Assembly (NCBI GenBank): GCA_009859145.1 | Contig: VRVR01000043.1 | Span: forward strand, 191,185 to 255,184 | Origin: Andalucia godoyi And28 | Lineage: Eukaryota > Protista > Jakobida | Reading direction: 5' to 3' | Length of the DNA stretch: 64,000 bases | Shown: one piece after another, positions 51,244 through 61,386 of the stretch | Position numbering within the stretch: position 1 is the stretch's first letter | Layout: every line of letters starts with the position of its first letter | Notes under the pieces: generated by a model | What the model saw: only the letters and a program-made list of their open reading frames with translations | Databases searched by the model: none | Told to the model about the DNA's origin: nothing | Translations under genes and position numbers: made by a program

Positions 51244-54200
51244 ATGGCGAAGCGGGTGCAGCTTGACAGTGGGTCTCGTGTTCTGCAAGAGTACTTTTTG
51301 AATCCGTCGCAGGTATGGGACAAAGAAGACAAGTGCGAGGTAGTCATTCTGTCGAGCTTCGGCATGTCGACGTTTCTCAAGGACTCCTTTATTTTTCGAT
51401 TCAGTGCGCTGAAAAAGCTGGACATCTCGAAAAACAGACTCCAGTCGCTGCCCCCTGCTGCATGCTGGCACTTCTTAGGTTGTCTCGAAGTCCTGTTTCT
51501 GCATGAGAACTACCTGTCGAAGTTCTCGGACGTGTTCAAACTGGGCGCACTGCCGAAGCTGCAGTATCTTACGTGTTTTGAGAATCCGATTGCACTGCAT
51601 CCGGACTACAGACCGAAGATCGTATCTGCGTTACGATCGCTGCGTGCATTGGATGAGCACGTCATCTCGGATGCAGAGGCAAGCTCCGATTATGCGTCTC
51701 TCGACTACAGAGGCCACTTTTCGCCGCTGTCGAGCGTTTACCGCATTTTGAAGCCGTCTGAAAGGGCGTCTGTTCTATTTGGGGATGCTGCACTGGGTGG
51801 AAGCGGAGCGGACCAGTGCTTCTTGATGGACGTCGAGCTGAAGGAGGTCAGCCAAATCTTCGCAAAGCAAAACCCGTCTTCCAAGGTCCAGAGATCGTGG
51901 AAGCATCTGCGGCAAAAGATGATGAAGTCGAGAATGGAGCAGGTGCTCAAACGGTCCGTGCTCGACATACAGAGGGTGTTTCGAGGATACAAATGCCGAA
52001 GGGAAAACAAACCAGTGATGAGCGATTCAAAGGCCGTGCTGCTCATTCAGAAGCTGTTCCGTATCCGACGCGCCAAACGGCTAGCAAAGAGTTTCAAATG
52101 TGCCAATTTGCCGTTTTCATTCTACTGCGCGGAAGAGGACATGCAGCTTGTTGTGTCCTTGCTGGACAAGTCGCTGCGAATTTTGGGAAAGCACAATGTG
52201 CGACAGTTGACCATAGGCCAAGCCTCCACAAATTCATCTTCTTCCCGTGACGAAAGCGCCGACGACGAAAGACTGGAGAACAACGAGCAGGACCAGCAGC
52301 CGTTGGATCGCGAAGACCCAAATTTTCTGGATGATCACGAGTTCCAGTCCGGGTTTTCGAGTTTTGGCCCCTTGAAATCTCCCATCATGCTCTCGAATGC
52401 TGCCGACGACCGCCTGGACCTGGCCCCGCCGTCTTTGCAAAGCTCTTTTGCAGCGCTAAAGCTGGACCACGATCATAAGAAGACGGTTCATTACATCGTC
52501 AAGTCAAGCTATATCTTGTCCCTTCGAAAATCCACTTCAGTATCCCACAAGGGCATCTTCCAGGACACATTTTCTGATGGCAATTTTGTTTGTCGGCGAC
52601 TGCTTTCCATCAAGCCCCTTCGAGAGTATCTCGCAAATTGTGGCTTGGTCATGGATCGAGCGGCAATCATCCGGTATGCCACGACGTATCTCCGCCCTCG
52701 CTATCGCTTCAGCAGCCGAAGAATCGCGGAGTTCATGCAAATTATCCGTGAAGAGATCGAAAACGAACAGTATCGCGAGTTTCTCAAGGAAATACAGTTG
52801 CCGGATTCGAGACTTGCGGGATACTTCCTGTCCCTGGTTCAAGAGCACAACCAATCGATTCTTTCCCGTATCCCCGGGAAGCCCTCTTTGCACGACATGA
52901 CAGATGCAAATCGACTGCTGGTTTTGTACGATGTAGGCATGACGAATCGTGTCTGCAATGCTGTCAGCGTGCAGTCCTCCTGGCGTGGCCACGTTGCACG
53001 TCAAAGCATGGACCCTCCACTGATTGATGGTATTCTACGCAATCGAGGTGCCATGCTGCTGCAGGCGCACATTCGTGGTTTGCTTGCGCGAGTTCGAACG
53101 ACAATGCTCCTGGAATGCGTGAAAATCATCCGCAAGTTCCGTAATGGCCAGTCCATAGTCTTGCGAGAGGAGGTGGACATGGAGATGTGGCAGTGGGACC
53201 ACATACACGATCACTCCGTGTCCTGCATCCCGGAATCCAATCTGCAGTTTGGATTTTCTCTTTCCAACTGGCTCCTGCTTCGTGATAATTCCATGCTGCC
53301 GTTTTGGCTTCGAGCCTGGCTTCCGGAAGCGGCGTCCGGCGAATTGGTGTACGATGTCTCGCGGTCTGTCCGGCAAACCTGGTGGGTTGCACGATTTAGG
53401 GCTTCTCGATGCTTGCTGGAGGATGACGATGGGGTTCGATATGTCATGTATACATTTGAATCCATGCAAGAAGCAGTGGCGCGTGCACTCATGTTCACGA
53501 TTCGAACGTTCTTATTCCACACGTCGTCAGGGCTTCCACTTCTCGCGGTCGACGAAGTACCCGATTCTGCGCTTGTTCGCCGCAGTCAGATTCTGTTCCG
53601 TAGATGCATTGAACGAAGAAAGCGAATTCGATTGGCGCTGTCCAGGATTCCAATCCAGCCGAATCTGAAAAGACAGACTTCGGCAGGCGTAATTGGGAAG
53701 GATGCGCCGGAAGCAGAACGGAATCCTCGATCGGAAAAGGTCTCCTCTTTGGATCTCGGAAAGCTCCTTCGGGATGTGCGCTCGGGTACTGGCGCACCGG
53801 TGTCGCATCGCTCGTCAAAAGTTGCAGCGTCGTCAACTGATCGCGAATCGCTGACGTCTTCAAGAGCCCGTGACTCCAATGCCGTGAACACCCGGTTGTC
53901 TGCTGCAGCCCCTTCGGGATTCTCTGTGTCGCAGCTCACGTTTGCAGATGATGATCCCTCCACTTCGGACATGGCGCTGTCATCAGACGCTTTGGAAAAA
54001 TCGGTTGACCTGCTTGTGCAAGGGAGGGAAGCTCCTGTGGTAGCAGACATGGCCTTGCGTCACACCAACGATCTCCGCGGAAGGGATCTACTTTGCACGG
54101 ATGCGCTGTATCCTTCCACAGACGATGCAGAGCAGCGAAATCGGGCCAGAGAGCACCGCCTTATTGAGGATCAGAAGAGGCGAGAGGTCCGCGAGAGGCT

Positions 54201-55152
54201 TCGCTTCCTGGATACGGGCCCCAGTTCCGCGTTTCGTGATGCACCCACCATTCCGCCGCACCTGATAAATTCGGATGAGCGTGCGTGCGAAATGAAGGAT
54301 CGCGTGTCCGTCCGCAGAATATCCATGAAGAGTGCAGTGCAGACGTCCCGTCAAAACGCGAACGCTCGGAAAGCGCAACTGGGCAGTCAGGTTCGCCTGG
54401 AAAGCGGGGCGATGCGCAAAACGGTGGCTTCACTGCAGCGGGTGTCCAAGCCTCGCAGCATCCCATGTGCGAGCCGCGCGTCGGATCGAAAGACGAGTCC
54501 AGTGTCCTCTTCTTTAGGATCTGCAGCTGTCGTCCAGTTTGCACAGATGAGAAGTTTGCTGAGCCGGCACGCCATCAGCTCCGAGTTTGCCCAAATCAAG
54601 GAAGCGCAAGTCACTGCCAATCGAGAAAAGGTTGCTGCAATACGGTCTTCTCTTTCTTCACGCAGCGGAAGCAGACCCACGCGCTCGGACGTGGAACAGG
54701 TGTCGAATGAGCCTTCCACCCAGCCAAGCTCCGCTCGAAGCGTGTGGGTTGCAGCATCGTCCATTTCGGATGTTGATGTGGACGCAGACCTTCCTGTGCA
54801 TTTCCACGTGTCAGAGGAGACGGAATGCTTGCGGATCCGAGAGCGCGACAGAGTACCGTCTCTTAGTTCCTCCGTTTCTCCCGATGAGATTCCTCGAAGA
54901 GGGAGTATCGCTCTACTGTCTGTGCAGGTTCCTCTGTTCGACGGACCTCCGTCGCTGCATTCTATCAAAGGATCCGTGTCTCCACCCTCGTTACCCGTCA
55001 TTCCAAGACAGAATTCCTTGAAAGTTACTCGTCCATCGTCTTCTAATTCTCGCTCACTTCGGCACGACTCGAGCGACCCGCTTCCAGACTTGCTGTTGTT
55101 TGGAAATTCAAAAACCGGCTCCGATCGTCCCTCCGTCAGTCCCTTCATTTAA
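51244..55152 (+). CDS. LRRIQ3: Leucine-rich repeat and IQ-motif protein, LRRIQ3-like
   Basis: N-terminal LRRs with cap (LQYLTCFENPIALHPDYRPKIVSALRSLRALDEHVISDAE) and several IQ motifs (VQRSWK, IQRVFRGYKCRR, VQSSWRGHVAR, LQAHIRGLLAR). Confidence 0.75.
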   Translation: MAKRVQLDSGSRVLQEYFLNPSQVWDKEDKCEVVILSSFGMSTFLKDSFIFRFSALKKLDISKNRLQSLPPAACWHFLGCLEVLFLHENYLSKFSDVFKLGALPKLQYLTCFENPIALHPDYRPKIVSALRSLRALDEHVISDAEASSDYASLDYRGHFSPLSSVYRILKPSERASVLFGDAALGGSGADQCFLMDVELKEVSQIFAKQNPSSKVQRSWKHLRQKMMKSRMEQVLKRSVLDIQRVFRGYKCRRENKPVMSDSKAVLLIQKLFRIRRAKRLAKSFKCANLPFSFYCAEEDMQLVVSLLDKSLRILGKHNVRQLTIGQASTNSSSSRDESADDERLENNEQDQQPLDREDPNFLDDHEFQSGFSSFGPLKSPIMLSNAADDRLDLAPPSLQSSFAALKLDHDHKKTVHYIVKSSYILSLRKSTSVSHKGIFQDTFSDGNFVCRRLLSIKPLREYLANCGLVMDRAAIIRYATTYLRPRYRFSSRRIAEFMQIIREEIENEQYREFLKEIQLPDSRLAGYFLSLVQEHNQSILSRIPGKPSLHDMTDANRLLVLYDVGMTNRVCNAVSVQSSWRGHVARQSMDPPLIDGILRNRGAMLLQAHIRGLLARVRTTMLLECVKIIRKFRNGQSIVLREEVDMEMWQWDHIHDHSVSCIPESNLQFGFSLSNWLLLRDNSMLPFWLRAWLPEAASGELVYDVSRSVRQTWWVARFRASRCLLEDDDGVRYVMYTFESMQEAVARALMFTIRTFLFHTSSGLPLLAVDEVPDSALVRRSQILFRRCIERRKRIRLALSRIPIQPNLKRQTSAGVIGKDAPEAERNPRSEKVSSLDLGKLLRDVRSGTGAPVSHRSSKVAASSTDRESLTSSRARDSNAVNTRLSAAAPSGFSVSQLTFADDDPSTSDMALSSDALEKSVDLLVQGREAPVVADMALRHTNDLRGRDLLCTDALYPSTDDAEQRNRAREHRLIEDQKRREVRERLRFLDTGPSSAFRDAPTIPPHLINSDERACEMKDRVSVRRISMKSAVQTSRQNANARKAQLGSQVRLESGAMRKTVASLQRVSKPRSIPCASRASDRKTSPVSSSLGSAAVVQFAQMRSLLSRHAISSEFAQIKEAQVTANREKVAAIRSSLSSRSGSRPTRSDVEQVSNEPSTQPSSARSVWVAASSISDVDVDADLPVHFHVSEETECLRIRERDRVPSLSSSVSPDEIPRRGSIALLSVQVPLFDGPPSLHSIKGSVSPPSLPVIPRQNSLKVTRPSSSNSRSLRHDSSDPLPDLLLFGNSKTGSDRPSVSPFI

Positions 55153-55505
55153 GCCGAGGTTTTCATTCTCTTTTTTTATGATTTAATTTGTTACATATGT
55201 AAAATATATATTTTTTTTCTGCAGAAAATGCTAAAGCTCGGCGGCTGTAATGTAAATATAGGAATGAAAACACAAAATTCCAAGTCTCGGGGACAGGGAC
55301 CGTTGAGGGTTAGCAGGCCTCCAATCACAAAAAAAAAGAAAAAAAAAGGAGGACCTCATTCTGCTTCTGCTTTGGGTTTTATTATTATTGTTATTTTACT
55401 TTCGTTTTTTTCCATGGAGATTCGTATGTTTTCAAAAATTATCTATTCATATCCATTCATATATTCCAGGCTGTGTGCATATATTTCCGCTTCTCTAGGT
55501 TTGTG

Positions 55506-58500
55506 ATGACGGAAGTTTACACTGAGGATGACAAGCGAAAAGCGACGGAAGGAGTGAACAATCCTATTGTTGCTGAGCTACTTGAATCTAATGGGATTTC
55601 AAAAGAGTCGTTTGTTGCGGGGAAACGCAAGAAACACCTGGAGATGTTCATGTACAACTACCCCCGCATGAGTGGCTTGCAGTTCTTCGATGGGCTATCA
55701 TCTTTATCGATCATTCAACAAGACGTCGAAGTGATTGAGAACTTGAATCGATGTACACAGCTTGAAAAACTGTGGCTTTGCGAGTGTCGAATCAAGGCCA
55801 TTCAAGGTTTGGATGGCTGCATCTCTCTCAAAGAGCTGTACTTATATTCCAATAACATTTCGAAAATCCAGAATCTTTCCAATCTCAAGCAACTGGAGGT
55901 TTTGTGGCTGAATGAGAACAGGATTTCCGTCATCGAGGGACTTGATTCCCTGCGTGCCCTGCGTGTCTTGTGGCTTTCCAAGAACCACATAAGTCAGATA
56001 GGGACGTCGCTGGACAACAATGAGAATCTGGAAGAGCTCGACTTGTCGTGTAATAATATTGGCAATTTCAAAGATGTACCGAACCTGCAGCGACTTGCAA
56101 GGCTGCGAACGGTGTTCTTCTCCAATCCGATCTTTGGTGATAATCCGATCTGCAAGCTGGGGAACTACCAAACGTTTACTCTGTATCATCTTCCGCAGAT
56201 CTCAATGCTGGATGCCTGTCCAGTGTCTGAAGAGGCTCGTCACCTGGCAGATGCGACCTTTGTGAAGAAGAAAATGTACTACAATATGCGAATCAAGACG
56301 ATGAAGAGGAATGCCGCCGTGGTGCAACGCTTGGTGTCTCAGAAGCGAACGCAGATTTCAAGTGAGATTTCGGCTTCTTTACATTCCTTGTTGCTGGAGA
56401 AGGCTTTCAGATTAAAGGACTATGTCGAGCTCAGAGGCCCCGCTGCACTGGGTGTCTTTTCCGCCGTTGAGAACTTGGATGACTTAGCCGATGTTGACGG
56501 CGATCCTTGCGAAGTGAAAGCTGATGATGCGGAGTCTGTTGCCGTCTTTAACACGATTGTTGCTGGAATTCGCTTTCGAACGCGTCAATTACGTGATTTG
56601 GATGCTTCCATCGAGTTTTTCAAAGAGCGTGTCGCGGAGGCATCTTCCTTGAATTATCACAGACTCATGGTGGAACTCGAATCGGGAGGAAACGTCCGAC
56701 TCGAGGAAGGTCGACCGAAAGATATTTGGTTCACATCTTGTGTCGACTTGGTTCGATCTCGATTTTTCAGTTCCGACTACGCGGATCCGACGCTGGGAGT
56801 GCGCGGAATCCGTGTGTCTCGTGTCTGCCGTATCCACAATCGCTTTCTTCGAAACCGATTTGAAGGCAAATTGGAGCAACTTGTCGACACCAGCGACATG
56901 TCGTACAAGAAGTCTTTAGAATATTTGTTTGTCGGTGAGAATCCAGCAGACCGGAATGAGCTGTTGAGGTTCGCTGAAGATGGCGTGGACGCCAGAAGTC
57001 CAGAAGATGACAGCATCGTGCTGACAAATAGCGTCAGCCTTGCGGACTTTAGACGAGTTTCGTCTCGCAAGTTTTCTCGTCACAAAGAATTTCGTCTTGG
57101 CTCGCTTTTGATTTGCAAGGTTTACTCGGGAAGCAAATACGGAACCGAGGAAGTCCGGTTTTCCAATCCGTACTTGGCTTCGGCAGGACGACCCGATCGC
57201 CCGTTCTCTTCTGCGACGTTCGGTCTCTCTCCGTTGTCCAAGTCCGGAGACGCGTGTTCGTTTTGCCGTATCCAGTCGGATGATTCAAAACAGAAATTAT
57301 GGTATCTCTTCGACGACAGTCTTGTTCTTCCGGAGTATCTCGTGTTTTTCGAATACGTGGTTGAGGGCATTCCGCAAACTGATGGGAGGCCCGTCCCATC
57401 TGTCGAAGATGAACAGAATCGAACATCCCTGGATGTGTTCGTTTCCGATGTTGCGTCGTTGCCAAGTTCGTCGATGCCTGTGTCTGTTACAGAGCAAGAT
57501 TCTTTGGATTTGTGCACGTATACATCTGCCTATGTTCACTTTACGGCACGCTGCACCGAGATTGCACTGTCTCCTGAAGCCATGGGGCAACAAGAAAGGA
57601 TTGGTCCCATTGTGCGGCATGCAGAATCAAAGAGAAAGTCGGCAGATTCACTCGATGTCGACTCCTCGTTCATTCTGCGGTTTTCCTCTTTCTTGAGAGT
57701 TTCCACGCTTGCCGCACTGACGTACTTGAATCTTTCCGCATGTGGACTGAAGCGTTTTGACGTGGTGAGCGACATTCCCAACTTGGAAATCCTTGTTCTG
57801 GCGTTCAACGAATTGCCGAAAATGGACGCGTTTTTTGGTTTGAAGCGTTTGGTGCATCTGGATCTTTCAGGCAATCTTCTCAAGAGGATCGAGGGTCTTG
57901 AAGGCCTCTCTCAACTGCAGAATTTGTTGCTGCAGAACAACCTGATCTACCGCTTGGAAGACGTGAATATCCTGAAGCGGAATATTCCCGATGTCATACA
58001 TCTAAATCTTCGAGGCAATGCGATTTGCGACGTGAAGAACTACAGGTCCATCATTCTGCGTCGTCTGGTGCATCTTAAATCCCTTGATGGCTTACCCGTT
58101 ACCTCGGAGGAACGGACGTCTGCTGGAGAGCGTCCGTCATCCATTACATGGGAGGTTCTTATTCAACATGCTCGCACAAGAGGGCCTTTAGGATGGAGTT
58201 TTCTTGGCAAAATCGAATCTCCAGATTCCTTGCTTCCTGTCTCGCATCAGGCATTTGCTTCTGATGCGGCTGCTCAAGACGAAGATGATGGTGTGTCTGG
58301 AAATGGTCCATCGCAGTCACTTTTGTCACCGACAATACTTGACTTGTCCTGCTTGGAGAAAGTGCAGGTGTTGGAGCTGCCGCACATGCGAATTCGAAAG
58401 ATTGTCAATCTGGATCGCCTTATCCAACTTCGTCGCCTGAACCTGTGTGACAATGAGCTATCTCGAATCGAAGGTCTGGAGACGAACCTGTCGTTACAAG

Positions 58501-60197
58501 AACTCAACCTGGAGGAGAACAAGTTGACGAAGATAGAGGGACTTGAACGGTGTGTGCGCTTGCGGAAGTTGGAATTGGGCAAGAACAGAATTGCCAGAAT
58601 TGAAGGTGTCTCGCATTTGAAGGATCTCACGCTGCTGTCCATCGAGGACAATGATTTGTTGAGTTTACAAGGTGGCCAAATGCTGTTGTCGTTGATGGAA
58701 TTTTATGCGGGGAACAATAAGATTGTTTCTAGTCGTGAAGTGAACATTCTGAAAGACCTGCCCAAGTTGATCATTCTGGATCTGTCTGGCAACCAAATGT
58801 GCAAGGCCGACGAAGACTACCGTCTGTACGCTATTTACTGCCTTCGCAAGTTGAAAGTTCTGGATGGCGTATCAATCGATGGAAACGAGTCTCAAAGGGC
58901 CAAAGAGATGTTTGCGGGTCGCCTGTCGACAGAGACATTGGTGGAGCGACTTGGACATGCGAACTTTGGGCAAGTTTTGGAATTGAATTTATCTTCCTGT
59001 GGAATTCGTGATGGTCTATCAATGCTTGAAGACTTTGCAGCACTTCGAGAATTGGTTCTCGACGGCAACCTAGTTTCGGACATTGAGCCCATCTCAAAAC
59101 TCCGTGGACTGCAAGTCCTACGGCTTTCCAGGAATCGCATTGAAATGTCCAATGCGTCATATGCCGCTGGAAGAGGACATGTTGGGAAATATCTAGAGCA
59201 GCTATCCGCCCTTGAAGTGCTGGACTTGTCGTACAATGCAATCTCCTTCATTCCCGGACTGCATCTGCATCGTTTGTCTCGTCTGAAATCCTTGATTCTG
59301 AGTGGTAACGAAATAGTGAAAATAGAAGGGTTGGAAAACTTGGTGCAGCTTCGAGAGTTGTATCTGGATAAGAACAAGATCCGGCAGGTCGATGGGTCCT
59401 CCTTCGCCTCGCTCGTCAATCTTCGCGAGCTGCGTTTGGAGGAGAATGCGCTGAAGCAGCTGGATAACTTCCGCCCCTTGTCTCGTCTACAGTCACTTCA
59501 TTTGTCTTGCAATCGGATTATGGAGTTGTCCGAGCTGGATAAGCTTGTTGAGCTTCGATCTTTGTTGGAGATTTTACTCGTCTTCAATCCAGTGGCGAGG
59601 AAGCCGATGTATCGACCACATCTGCTGCGGAGAGTCCCTTCTCTGCAGATGATTGATGGAAAGGAAGTTACGTTTGATGAGCGCGAGCGTGCTGATGCAC
59701 TGTATTCTGCGCAGGAGTACAATGCAGCAGTGGCCAGTGCAGCGCAGTATGGGGGGCCTTCGAGCCAAATGCCCATCGACCGCACAGCCATCCAGGCGAC
59801 GCAGCCACCTCCTCAATCCGGTATGTACGCGGCCCTCGCTTCGGGAAACAACACGTACATCCTGCCAACTGGTGGTGGTCCCGGTTCGCTGACTTCTGCA
59901 AGTGCTGCTGGATCCAAAAATGTCAAATTGGCGTCCATGGCTCCGTTTGAGATGGCCGGCATGTCCTCGTCCAATCCTGCATCCATCATTCCGGCTGGTG
60001 TAGGGACGTATCGGTTGCAGCAATCATCGAACCAGAGAGTTGGTAGTGCAGAGAGTTCTCGGCCGTTGGAGATCCAGTATGCTCCTCCTCCCGCGCACCA
60101 GTATGCAACATCCAATACACAGGGTAATGTTTTGGTTGTTCGACGAGCGAAGAGCAACAGTCGCGGTACCCGCGAGGGATCGTTCAAGAAACGGTGA
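55506..60197 (+). CDS. LRRC9: Leucine-rich repeat-containing protein 9
   Basis: LEMFMYNYPRMSGL.., NPICKLGNYQTFTLYHLP, ADATFVKKKMYYNMRIKT and ELESGGNVRLEEG match LRRC9, followed by many SDS22-type LRRs. Likely ATG 55506. Confidence 0.9.
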   Translation: MTEVYTEDDKRKATEGVNNPIVAELLESNGISKESFVAGKRKKHLEMFMYNYPRMSGLQFFDGLSSLSIIQQDVEVIENLNRCTQLEKLWLCECRIKAIQGLDGCISLKELYLYSNNISKIQNLSNLKQLEVLWLNENRISVIEGLDSLRALRVLWLSKNHISQIGTSLDNNENLEELDLSCNNIGNFKDVPNLQRLARLRTVFFSNPIFGDNPICKLGNYQTFTLYHLPQISMLDACPVSEEARHLADATFVKKKMYYNMRIKTMKRNAAVVQRLVSQKRTQISSEISASLHSLLLEKAFRLKDYVELRGPAALGVFSAVENLDDLADVDGDPCEVKADDAESVAVFNTIVAGIRFRTRQLRDLDASIEFFKERVAEASSLNYHRLMVELESGGNVRLEEGRPKDIWFTSCVDLVRSRFFSSDYADPTLGVRGIRVSRVCRIHNRFLRNRFEGKLEQLVDTSDMSYKKSLEYLFVGENPADRNELLRFAEDGVDARSPEDDSIVLTNSVSLADFRRVSSRKFSRHKEFRLGSLLICKVYSGSKYGTEEVRFSNPYLASAGRPDRPFSSATFGLSPLSKSGDACSFCRIQSDDSKQKLWYLFDDSLVLPEYLVFFEYVVEGIPQTDGRPVPSVEDEQNRTSLDVFVSDVASLPSSSMPVSVTEQDSLDLCTYTSAYVHFTARCTEIALSPEAMGQQERIGPIVRHAESKRKSADSLDVDSSFILRFSSFLRVSTLAALTYLNLSACGLKRFDVVSDIPNLEILVLAFNELPKMDAFFGLKRLVHLDLSGNLLKRIEGLEGLSQLQNLLLQNNLIYRLEDVNILKRNIPDVIHLNLRGNAICDVKNYRSIILRRLVHLKSLDGLPVTSEERTSAGERPSSITWEVLIQHARTRGPLGWSFLGKIESPDSLLPVSHQAFASDAAAQDEDDGVSGNGPSQSLLSPTILDLSCLEKVQVLELPHMRIRKIVNLDRLIQLRRLNLCDNELSRIEGLETNLSLQELNLEENKLTKIEGLERCVRLRKLELGKNRIARIEGVSHLKDLTLLSIEDNDLLSLQGGQMLLSLMEFYAGNNKIVSSREVNILKDLPKLIILDLSGNQMCKADEDYRLYAIYCLRKLKVLDGVSIDGNESQRAKEMFAGRLSTETLVERLGHANFGQVLELNLSSCGIRDGLSMLEDFAALRELVLDGNLVSDIEPISKLRGLQVLRLSRNRIEMSNASYAAGRGHVGKYLEQLSALEVLDLSYNAISFIPGLHLHRLSRLKSLILSGNEIVKIEGLENLVQLRELYLDKNKIRQVDGSSFASLVNLRELRLEENALKQLDNFRPLSRLQSLHLSCNRIMELSELDKLVELRSLLEILLVFNPVARKPMYRPHLLRRVPSLQMIDGKEVTFDERERADALYSAQEYNAAVASAAQYGGPSSQMPIDRTAIQATQPPPQSGMYAALASGNNTYILPTGGGPGSLTSASAAGSKNVKLASMAPFEMAGMSSSNPASIIPAGVGTYRLQQSSNQRVGSAESSRPLEIQYAPPPAHQYATSNTQGNVLVVRRAKSNSRGTREGSFKKR

Positions 60198-60408
60198 ATA
60201 AGGTAGATTCGCTTGAGCTTCTGTTTGTCGCCAATGTTTTCATCGATTCTTTAGCAATCGTCGCCATTATGCGCAAAGTGGAAAGCACAGAGTTTATAAC
60301 GTTTTTTTACCTTGTCCGCAGCAAGCGACCTCGGGGAGATCGCAGTGTTACTTGGCTTGATAAATTTTATGCGGATCCCGTCTGTCGTTTGCCGTCGTTT
60401 ACGCAACG

Positions 60409-61360
60409 CCTACATTGTGAACTAGCCATTCATGATCACTCTTAACCATACATAATGCGTCTTATATCAAATTTGGATTCACACTCGATTCCGAAGGGGG
60501 TAGACCCCAACACGCCTTGCCGCCGTTCTTGAGATAAATGTTGTTGCGCGCACCCATTCCCCAATCGCGATCAATCCGGAATGCACACTGTGGACATGCA
60601 AACACCCTCCAATGCGGCGCTTTTCCCTTTCTGCAGGCTCCCTCCGCACTATACGAAACGGGGTCGAATTTCGGAAGGACGACAGTGTCTTACTCCCTCA
60701 CACAGCCATTTTGCAAGCTTGCGATGCATGTCTGTCGTCAGGCTGCGGATCTGCTGATGCATTTGCAAACACAGGCCTCTTGTCAAGTGGGATTTGGTTC
60801 TTGTCCCGCACGCCGCTCAGCTGTGGAATGCACCCGGTGCGGACGGCCCAGCGTCAGAGGGATTGCCGCGAAAATGTCATACGTCTCACGTAGCTTGGCA
60901 GGTGGTCACTTACATTCGAATCGCGTGGCAAACACAAAAAATGCAAAACAAAAGGGGGTTGCTGCTTTAAAATGGTGTCCCAGAAAATTAGTGTCTGAAC
61001 AATTCGGTTAAACGAGCAAACCCGGATGTCTCATTTTCGCTTGCGGACTGCTGCTTGCGTACGTTCATGCACGTCGCTTGTGTTTGCCGTCTTTCGCGAG
61101 CGGCATCAATTGATTCACGCTCTACTTGGGTGGGTGCAATGCACTCCGCCAGCCGAATCCAAACTTGGAACTGCTGCAGCTGGATTGATGCCATTTTTGG
61201 GCGGAGCCGGGTTTGTCGGGAAGCGGAGGCTGCTCGTGTGTTGACAGCTCCGTTGAACAACATTTGTGTGCTTGCGAATCACCAATGAACAACATCGACA
61301 CTCACAATTCTTTAATGGACGCTTTGTGTGTTTGTTGATCAAACGACGTTCCACGGAGCT
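60409..61360 (-). pseudogene. Decayed Fanzor2/TnpB-like RNA-guided nuclease element
   Basis: Stitched minus-strand frames: LDAG/VRT (60855-60835, RuvC-I DPGVRT-like); LQMHQQIRSLTTDMHRKLAKWLCE / DTVVLPKFD (60765-60660); RVFACPQCAFRIDRDWGMGARNNIYLKN (60608-60525, Zn ribbon plus RuvC-III). Frameshifts, stops and deletions are present, and the left boundary is approximate. Confidence 0.85.
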
Positions 61361-61386
61361 ATGAAAAACAAAGAAACAGAAAAAGC

